Assembly: GCA_964518475.1 (NCBI GenBank)
Contig: CAZFGR010000035.1
Location: forward strand, 1 to 14,023
DNA: 14,023 nucleotides
Source of the DNA: an uncultured Nitrososphaerota archaeon
GTDB taxonomy: Archaea; Asgardarchaeota; Njordarchaeia; Njordarchaeales; Njordarchaeaceae
Direction of reading: 5' to 3'
Numbering within the stretch: the stretch's first letter is position 1; each line of letters starts with the position of its first letter. Positions 6,881-14,023 of this stretch are shown here, in pieces. Both the position numbers and the translations under genes were made by a program. The notes beneath the pieces were generated by a model. It worked only from the letters and a program-made list of their open reading frames with translations. It was not told the origin of the DNA and ran no database searches.

Positions 6881-9454
6881 ATGAAGCTTGAAGAGTTAAT
6901 TGAAGAACTAAGAAGAATTGCTGTGAAGAATAATTGGCATCTCAAGTATGCTAAATTTGGAGAGTTAGGCCATCAGAACTTGTTAATGCACTCTTTATCA
7001 GTCATGAGTATTGCTCTTAGGATCGCAGAGGTTATAGGCCTTGAACAAGAAAAGTACGAGATCCTAGTCATTTCCGGTTTTTTGCATGATGCCTTAAAAT
7101 CTAGTGATCGGTGGCAACGAGCTATAAAGGAGCGCGGGAGCGTTCCAGAGGATTTCTGGCAAAGGAATCCTGAGGAATTAAACAGAATAATTGATCAGTA
7201 CTCTGATGAGCTTGGTATTCCTGATCATGTCAGAAAAGCTGTTAAGGACATTATATATGTGGTAGAAAGCATCGAATCTGTAGAAAATTTGCTAGAAGCA
7301 TTAAAATCGAGGCCAGATTCTACAGTTGCTCATATTATCGAGTTAGCTGATAAGATTGGTAGTTTTAAGGAGCCTATGGAGGTAGAACGAGTATCCTCTG
7401 ATTCGAAACTAGCAACGATTTTGAGGAAATTCGGTCTAGTGCTAGATTATCATCAAGTCGATATTGTTAGAGGAATAACTACGCAGTTGCTTCATAAAGG
7501 TATTATGAAAGCATATGAAAAAGCGGGTTATACACCAGTTGCGTTCTTTTCCACAGGGACAATATACATCGGTAAGCGTGAGAATGTTCGAGAAATAACT
7601 GAGTCTGATATTATAGAGTGCGTGAATGAAGCTATTCGAAGTTTCTATGAAAGAAATGCAAAGAAACTTGGAGAAGCAGCGTATGGAGCTATAGGACAAA
7701 CAGTGATCAAAGTTCCAGAGTTTCTGTTCTTCTCAGACGCTACTATTAAGAGCTTCTGGGAATTTGTCTCAGGTAAGTTCGATGATGTAAAAAAGTACAT
7801 CATTAATATGACCATCATAAGGAACTCTATAATAAATCTTCTAGGCCAGAATGATGAAGTAAAAAATGTTCTTAACGAACTACGTAAGGAACTTTACGAG
7901 AAATATGGAATTGAGGATCATATTTTCGATTTATCTTTAAAGATCATTCATAAGAGTAGTAAGGATGAAAAAGAAGTTTTGGTTAAGGGAATATTAAATT
8001 CAGCATTAGGTAAAAAAGAGAGTGATCTTAAAGAGGAACTTAAAGAGATATACCTAAACTTTACATTAAAATTGTTAAAAATTGGTCAGGAGAAGTACAA
8101 TCTAAATAAGCGACTTTGCGAGATCTCCAAAATCTTGATCAGTGATTTGATTCATCCAGTGATCTCGGGAGGAGCTGAGAGTAGGGAAAGAATCCTTGAC
8201 GAATCATTTAGTAAATATTCAGAAGGCAAGGAGAATAAGCCGCCTTTATGCGTTTTGTGTGGTCGTCCAGCGGAGAGAAAAGCTATTGCTAGTTTGGTTG
8301 GTGAAGGGGCAGAGACTTTCCTTAATTTACTTCGTGGAGGCCGTATAATTGGAGGTGATGCAAAAGCTTGGTTATGTGATCTCTGTTACGCTGAATTTGA
8401 AATGCGAAGTATTCTGGGAGGCGGTGGTCAAAAGCGTTTTGAGGAGATCATCTACATACTACCCCAGATATCCATAGGTTTTCTTATCGTAGAAAAGCTT
8501 AAACAGAGCGTAGAGCATGCAATAGCTAATTGGCAAGTTACAAATGGCATAGAGGGAAACTATCTTCATTGGGCTGAAAAAATCGTCAAAGAACCAGAAG
8601 AGATCGATCCTCTAAGCAACTGGTCTGAACTATTTAATATTCTGATAGATAAGAAGAAGCAAAAACAAAACGAGAGAAAGATAAAGAAGATCATTAAAGA
8701 ATTATTGGAATCCAATGAGGGCTATAGAGAGATACTTGAAAAAACCTATGGAGATATAAGTGAAGAACTCATCTTGGAGAGGTACTTAGATAATTCCTTG
8801 AAAAAAGATCTTGTGGATCGCTCAACGCCGAACTCCCTAGAAAAAGCTATTGGGATGGCATTTATAGAGGAGCTAGAAAGAAAACTTAGGGAGAAGAAAG
8901 TTCTTGTGGAACGAGAGATAGTAGTTAGTGAGTCACCAAACTACATACTGATTGGAATGCAGAAACTCAGGAGCTATAATGAATCTGAAGCAAGTAGTAT
9001 GATCCGTAAACTATTTATAGGGGCTTTCCAAGCATTAGTTTTTCAATCAACAGTGATCTTTGCCTCTAAGAATGATGTACTGCGAAGACCTCATTTAATC
9101 TCGAAAGGTTATGTAAAAATTCCTCATAATATAATAGTAAAGGAACTTCTCAGAAGATACCGAATCGGCTACACAAAAGTACTAGGGAAAGAATTCTATG
9201 GGTGGGTAGGATTTGATGACATTATTAGAACTTTAAAAATTCTCGGCGCTGCTGTTTTGGTTGAAGATATCCTTAGAAGAGCCGGAGCTGATTATGGCGC
9301 AAATACCCTCTTAGAAATTCTTAAACGATCACCCGGTGTTATTTTGAATCGGTTCGTGCAAAATGTAGAATCCAAATCTATTAAACGTGAAGCTCTTAAA
9401 TTGTTAAAATATTTGAATATTTTGAATAAAAATCATCAAATAAGTATTAGCTAA
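6881..9454 (+). CDS. cas10d: Type I-D large subunit Cas10d (Csc3) with N-terminal HD nuclease, ~857 aa
   Basis: HQNLLMHSL...FLHDALK...LADKIGS HD domain; YHQV...RGITTQLLH; CVLC/CDLC zinc finger. Lies upstream of csc2/csc1 and an HD-less cas3'. Start set at ATG6881. Confidence 0.9.
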   Translation: MKLEELIEELRRIAVKNNWHLKYAKFGELGHQNLLMHSLSVMSIALRIAEVIGLEQEKYEILVISGFLHDALKSSDRWQRAIKERGSVPEDFWQRNPEELNRIIDQYSDELGIPDHVRKAVKDIIYVVESIESVENLLEALKSRPDSTVAHIIELADKIGSFKEPMEVERVSSDSKLATILRKFGLVLDYHQVDIVRGITTQLLHKGIMKAYEKAGYTPVAFFSTGTIYIGKRENVREITESDIIECVNEAIRSFYERNAKKLGEAAYGAIGQTVIKVPEFLFFSDATIKSFWEFVSGKFDDVKKYIINMTIIRNSIINLLGQNDEVKNVLNELRKELYEKYGIEDHIFDLSLKIIHKSSKDEKEVLVKGILNSALGKKESDLKEELKEIYLNFTLKLLKIGQEKYNLNKRLCEISKILISDLIHPVISGGAESRERILDESFSKYSEGKENKPPLCVLCGRPAERKAIASLVGEGAETFLNLLRGGRIIGGDAKAWLCDLCYAEFEMRSILGGGGQKRFEEIIYILPQISIGFLIVEKLKQSVEHAIANWQVTNGIEGNYLHWAEKIVKEPEEIDPLSNWSELFNILIDKKKQKQNERKIKKIIKELLESNEGYREILEKTYGDISEELILERYLDNSLKKDLVDRSTPNSLEKAIGMAFIEELERKLREKKVLVEREIVVSESPNYILIGMQKLRSYNESEASSMIRKLFIGAFQALVFQSTVIFASKNDVLRRPHLISKGYVKIPHNIIVKELLRRYRIGYTKVLGKEFYGWVGFDDIIRTLKILGAAVLVEDILRRAGADYGANTLLEILKRSPGVILNRFVQNVESKSIKREALKLLKYLNILNKNHQISIS

Positions 9455-9469
9455 AAAGAGGTAGGACTT

Positions 9470-9904
9470 ATGAGAAAGATAATAGTAATGAAAGAAGTAA
9501 AAGAATTTAATGCCGAAGAAGTTAAAGAATTAGTTAATAGAATTGTGAAAGTTTTAGTAGAGTACCTCGACACATTCGTGCCTAAGACTCCCGGTTGGAG
9601 TAAACACACTATCATGGGTCCTGTAGGCAAACTTCTATCTTTGATAACTAGTGGGCGATTCGAGAACCGGGATGCTATCATAGGGTATGTTATTAACGTA
9701 CATAGGAACACAGCTCGATCTGATTATGTTCCTAAGGAAGCTATCGATAAGTTAAATGATGCACTAACATTGATGCAAGAGCTAAGAAAGAAGGTATCTA
9801 CCCGAGTATGGCTAAGATTGCTGAGAGAAATAGATTATGCTGTTTATAAGTCAAGATTTGAAAAACTCTTAGCAAAAACTCAAGAAAAGCAGGAGGGAGC
9901 ATAA
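9470..9904 (+). CDS. cas11d: Probable stand-alone type I-D small subunit (Cas11d-like), 144 aa
   Basis: Small, helical-looking, basic protein with its own SD (GAGGTAGG), between cas10d and csc2. Assignment rests mainly on position and size. Confidence 0.62.
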   Translation: MRKIIVMKEVKEFNAEEVKELVNRIVKVLVEYLDTFVPKTPGWSKHTIMGPVGKLLSLITSGRFENRDAIIGYVINVHRNTARSDYVPKEAIDKLNDALTLMQELRKKVSTRVWLRLLREIDYAVYKSRFEKLLAKTQEKQEGA

Positions 9905-10885
9905 ATGAGTCTTGAAAAATTCTTAAATAATGTGAAAGAATATTTTGTCGAGAAAATCCCCCTAACTAGAACAGCAAAGACCATTCAGATATTGCTAATA
10001 CGGGAGACCCATGACTATACGATTTTCAGAACAGAAGAGACACGAGAGCTGAACATTGTTACTTTGCCTAGAAGTATGAGTGACCCCACTCCTACTATTC
10101 GTGTAGTTATGCTGGCGTCGAAGCAGAAAGCTCCAGAAAATCGGAAATACATTGAATTGGTAAGAACATTAGCTCTTGACTACGGAATAAATCTAGATGA
10201 TAAACAGAAAAACTGTGCATTAAAAGATGCTCTCTGCATGAAATGTCCCAGATGCGTACTTTTTGGTGCTGTATCCACAGAGGCTGGAGCGCAACGGTGG
10301 AATATAAAGCATCGAATCGAGTACAGTAGTGCATATTCTCTTGAAGATTACGAAGAAATTAGCGAGCTAATAACATTTAACGCGGTGGATTCTAGAACTC
10401 AATCAACGGGTCAAGCATTAGGCGTTACTGAAAACATCAGACCAATAGCTCACTTCCCTTCAATAATCACATTAAACACGGTTACTAAGGAAGAATTCAT
10501 AATGGTTCTAAAAACTATATTAGCAACAAGATCTTATGGGGCAGAGACTAGGATAAAAGGTGATATGGTAAACCACATCGTGGGAATAGTTTTTGCTTAC
10601 GAGGAACTATTAACTAGTTTAGAATTCCTCCTCGAGTTAGCTGATAAAAATTGGAAAGATGATATATACGAAGCTGTTAGCGACGTACTTAAAGAATACA
10701 AGAAAAACGCTGTCTTTCCAGATAAAGTAGTCATCTGGACTGGAGACGAACTAAGAAAATTCTTAGAAGAATTACATAAGTTCGAGATAAATAAGGAATT
10801 CGTTGAGAAACTATACACTACTGCTAAGAATTTCGTTGAGCAATTAGAGGCCATAGGAAAAGAAGGCAAAAAAAGTAAAAAATAA
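9905..10885 (+). CDS. csc2: Type I-D backbone subunit Cas7d (Csc2), 326 aa
   Basis: LIRETHDYTIFRTE, SKQKAPE, CMKCPRCVLFGA, ITFNAV, FPSIITL and YGAETR motifs characteristic of Csc2. Confidence 0.9.
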   Translation: MSLEKFLNNVKEYFVEKIPLTRTAKTIQILLIRETHDYTIFRTEETRELNIVTLPRSMSDPTPTIRVVMLASKQKAPENRKYIELVRTLALDYGINLDDKQKNCALKDALCMKCPRCVLFGAVSTEAGAQRWNIKHRIEYSSAYSLEDYEEISELITFNAVDSRTQSTGQALGVTENIRPIAHFPSIITLNTVTKEEFIMVLKTILATRSYGAETRIKGDMVNHIVGIVFAYEELLTSLEFLLELADKNWKDDIYEAVSDVLKEYKKNAVFPDKVVIWTGDELRKFLEELHKFEINKEFVEKLYTTAKNFVEQLEAIGKEGKKSKK

Positions 10886-10899
10886 CGGTGAGCTATAGA

Positions 10900-11634
10900 A
10901 TGGAGATTTTCAGAGTACTTCTAACTCCTCACGATTTTTTCTTTTATGTTTCCAGAGAATACGGTAGAGTAGGTATTACCGAAAATATAATAAGTAATTA
11001 TGCCTTAATGTACGCCTTAAATGACGAGAGTTTCTCTAGATTAGCCAGTGGAACAAAGCCTCATTATGAAGAAGATATTAAAAGATTTAGTGTTTACGCC
11101 ACACCAGCAAGACCATATAGTGGTAGTGCTCTTATTGGTGAGAAGAAGATTCCTTGGTCGTGGGAAGACCCCGTTTGGATATCCTATAATGCACTAGACT
11201 CCACGCTTCTCTTTACAATGGAAAAGGATAAAATAATTAAGAGAAAGTACAATGTACCTAAGGTTGGAACATATCTTAAACATCCGCCTCTTAATACGTT
11301 TGAATTTTTTATAATAGGTTCTCCTAAGAAAAAAGTGATTAGGATAGGAAAGAAGTTATCCCCAGCAAGAATAAGACTATTTAAATGCGAGGACATAAAG
11401 ATTAAAAGTGGAAGATTCACACCTTCTCATCCAGTAAACTATATGGATATAAAGGAAAAGACAAACATCATAAGAGGTAGATTCTTAACAATACCTCCCG
11501 TACCCCTGATTCTTGATGCAGTGCTGGAAGGAGAATACATAGAATGCAGATTTGTTAATGAAAGAGGATATAAAACCAAAGCTATCATCGCGCTTCCAGA
11601 TAAGAATCAATACCCCGGGGTATTTCATGAATAG
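10900..11634 (+). CDS. csc1: Type I-D Cas5d (Csc1), ~244 aa
   Basis: LTPHDFFFYVSRE, ISNYALMYAL, VYATPA and IRIGKK motifs. ATG10900 follows SD GGTGA. Confidence 0.87.
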   Translation: MEIFRVLLTPHDFFFYVSREYGRVGITENIISNYALMYALNDESFSRLASGTKPHYEEDIKRFSVYATPARPYSGSALIGEKKIPWSWEDPVWISYNALDSTLLFTMEKDKIIKRKYNVPKVGTYLKHPPLNTFEFFIIGSPKKKVIRIGKKLSPARIRLFKCEDIKIKSGRFTPSHPVNYMDIKEKTNIIRGRFLTIPPVPLILDAVLEGEYIECRFVNERGYKTKAIIALPDKNQYPGVFHE

Positions 11635-13672
11635 CGAGAATAGTAACGATTTTATCACTGTTCATCTAAAACCTTTGTATATTCCTTTTTCCAACGAATC
11701 TTTTGGGAAATATCGGTTACTTGAGAATCAGTATGATCTGTTGAGATCCACAAATAGAATATTGGTTATAGATTCCCCCACTTCTTCAGGCAAGACTCTA
11801 GGCATTATCGCAAAGCTCCTAAAAAGGGAACCAACTAGTAAAAAGTTGAATGGTATTTTAGTTTATCCTACAAATGAATTAATAAGAGATCAATTAAATA
11901 ACATAAAGAAGTACCTGACCGACATGTTTGAGTACATAATAGATGACTTCGGTGAGATACCAGAAAAACCTTTAAAACACTCTGTTGGAATTTTCGAAGT
12001 AAGTGGACCTAAACTTGATGAGATACTAGAGGAGTATCATCTCAGAGCTAAAGGAAGCATTCTTAGAAGAATTCTAATAAGTGGTTTAGAACACAAGATA
12101 ATTCTGACAAATCCAGACACGTTGTACTTACTTGTTCGTGCGGAATATAAGTATGGATTAGAACTTCTGAGAGATCTTATCCAAGAAAACTTCAACTTTC
12201 TCGCATTAGACGAATTCCATCTTTATTCTGGAGTAACTCTAATGAACCTCTTAACTACTCTTACCATCATAAATAACCTTCTTGATCAAATAATCATTTC
12301 CACTGCCACGATACCAGAAAAAACATTATTGACTAGATTAGAAAAAATTTTTAACGAAAGAATTTACCGCGTGAAGTATCACCTATATGCTCACAAAATT
12401 GAGAATGCTCGGAAAATCAGACATAGAACAAAACTTAAACTAGTAAAGATTCCATCGGAAAAAAAGGTACTCTGGAGAGAAGAGGATATCGACCTAATCC
12501 GTAATCTTGTTTACGAACTTTACGAGAAATACAAGAAGTACGACACCAGTGTAAAAGTTCTAATAATAGTAAACTCTGTTATATTTGCTGAAAAACTTAG
12601 GAGAAAACTCGAGGAAGATTTTCCTGAAAAAGTTGCTGGTATTCACGGATTTGTACCATCAAAATTAAGAAGACTGAACGAAATAACTGTAGGAACTTCA
12701 GCAATAGAGGTGGGAATCGACTTTATAACCCCTTCATTAATATTTGAGGCAAATGATGCAGCATCATTCATACAGAGATTAGGTCGCGTATCAAGACATA
12801 TGGATGGAGAAGCTATAGGAATAATCCCTTACTGGGACTGGGAAGTCATTAAGAAAAAGATAAAAACCCCTGAACTTGACTATGAAACTTTCAATAGAAT
12901 CATTTTGGAATCAATGAATATCTTACCTAGCTACTCCGATTTTATCCAAAGTCTGCAAGCCCGCCTACTTCTTTATTCATATATTTGGCGTCTAACTGGA
13001 TATCTTGTAAAAACTAGAAAAATCTCTAGGGAAGCTAGAGAGTCCCAATTTATTAAACTAATAAACGAGAGCGCCAGATGTTTTCTATCAGATAGCCCAG
13101 ATGACGCTGAAAAAGAGCTTAGGTACATAGTCCTATTCATCAAGAAACAAATATCTTTAGGAAAATACATAAAGGCTCTCGAAAAGTACTCATTCAGAGC
13201 ACCCAGAGCTTGGATACCTGGTATATACAATGGAGAAATCATAAACCTATCAATCGAAGATCTAAACTACATAGATTTTGAGATACATAATGAGGGCGAC
13301 ATTAAGCAATTACACATTAGTAAGGAGACGAGAAAATACTTAAAGAGAAAAATGGAACTAGCTGATGCTGACTTCTTTCTAGAAATCAGAGACATAGGGA
13401 CTTATAATAATATAAGATTTACAATTATTGATCGCGAATTGGAAGAATCTAGCGCTCCCTTTATAATATCAGATAAAAACTTGGCATGTCAAGCAGAATA
13501 CCCAGATATAGCCAATCACGTAATGAAGATCCTAAGAAACGATATCGCATTCATCTCCACTAGAATCAATGACTGGCGACTATCAGGATTCAGACTATCC
13601 AAAAATAAATGGTTAATCATCGGGCCAGACTCCCTACTGGCATGGTACATATCACAACAAAAACAAATTTAG
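11627..13672 (+). CDS. cas3: Type I-D Cas3' SF2 helicase (no HD domain), ~681 aa
   Basis: SPTSSGKT, YPTNEL, DEFH, STAT, TSAIEVGIDF and QRLGR motifs. Start set at ATG11627, overlapping the csc1 stop. Confidence 0.93.
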   Translation: MNSENSNDFITVHLKPLYIPFSNESFGKYRLLENQYDLLRSTNRILVIDSPTSSGKTLGIIAKLLKREPTSKKLNGILVYPTNELIRDQLNNIKKYLTDMFEYIIDDFGEIPEKPLKHSVGIFEVSGPKLDEILEEYHLRAKGSILRRILISGLEHKIILTNPDTLYLLVRAEYKYGLELLRDLIQENFNFLALDEFHLYSGVTLMNLLTTLTIINNLLDQIIISTATIPEKTLLTRLEKIFNERIYRVKYHLYAHKIENARKIRHRTKLKLVKIPSEKKVLWREEDIDLIRNLVYELYEKYKKYDTSVKVLIIVNSVIFAEKLRRKLEEDFPEKVAGIHGFVPSKLRRLNEITVGTSAIEVGIDFITPSLIFEANDAASFIQRLGRVSRHMDGEAIGIIPYWDWEVIKKKIKTPELDYETFNRIILESMNILPSYSDFIQSLQARLLLYSYIWRLTGYLVKTRKISREARESQFIKLINESARCFLSDSPDDAEKELRYIVLFIKKQISLGKYIKALEKYSFRAPRAWIPGIYNGEIINLSIEDLNYIDFEIHNEGDIKQLHISKETRKYLKRKMELADADFFLEIRDIGTYNNIRFTIIDRELEESSAPFIISDKNLACQAEYPDIANHVMKILRNDIAFISTRINDWRLSGFRLSKNKWLIIGPDSLLAWYISQQKQI

Positions 13673-13827
13673 TCTCAATTTTACTCCTTGATCCAATTCC
13701 TAGTCAAAATAACAATTCAAAGATAGAAATGTTAATCCGAAAGACAATACTTAAAAACAACTCTGAAGTTATCATGAAAATGAAACGATGAATAAATAAG
13801 ATAGGAATACAGCGACCTCTAATGCCA

Positions 13828-13985
13828 AAAATCTTTAATATTTTTCTCATGAAGATGGGACAGTGTTTCATCTTGGCGAGACTTGTTTGGGAACATATTT
13901 AAATACTGGTTTTCAGATTATAGATGTTCGAAGCCGATGTTGTCGGGATCCGAGCATAGGGACAGGGGGCTCAACGAGAGCCTCG
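13828..13985 (+). promoter_or_regulatory. CRISPR leader (copy 2)
   Basis: Homologous to 39..196 and 5964..6118; TATTTAAATA at 13896-13905; precedes a repeat. Confidence 0.8.
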
Positions 13986-14022
13986 GAGCCAGAAATAGAC
14001 TCCCAGACAAGGGAATTGAAAG
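13986..14022 (+). CRISPR. CRISPR repeat copy (37 nt), outward-facing, at window edge
   Basis: GAGCCAGAAATAGACTCCCAGACAAGGGAATTGAAAG, with TCCC/GGGA stem and ATTGAAAG handle. Confidence 0.88.
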
Positions 14023-14023
14023 A

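Larger units (their letters stand above)
13828..14023. repeat. Right arm of the ~196-bp inverted repeat (leader + CRISPR repeat)
   Basis: Reverse complement of 1..196, ~91% identical. Confidence 0.95.

Noticed and set aside
7442-13791. Short antisense or overlapping ORFs in the I-D operon, and 13609..13791
   Set aside because: Overlap confident cas genes and have no independent support.
1-14023. Classical casposon, CAST or IS element
   Set aside because: No family B polymerase, Tn7-like genes or transposase. Cas1 sits in a normal cas1-cas2-cas4 context.

Overview
Archaeal-type CRISPR-Cas island, bounded exactly by a ~196-bp inverted repeat. Position i pairs with 14024-i, 178/196 identical by hand count, and each arm is a CRISPR leader plus one 37-nt repeat pointing outward. 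The left side is an adaptation/processing operon (csa1-cas1-cas2-cas6-cas4). The right side is a type I-D interference operon (cas10d, a separate small subunit gene, csc2/cas7d, csc1/cas5d, cas3'). Between them, on the minus strand, lies the most unusual feature. A third, diverged leader is followed by three CRISPR-repeat copies, and each is followed by a ~550-600-nt gene cassette instead of a ~35-nt spacer: a 145-aa ORF, a decayed ~170-codon gene, and a 171-aa ORF. The last two look like distant paralogues. All alignments and counts were done by eye; no database searches were run.
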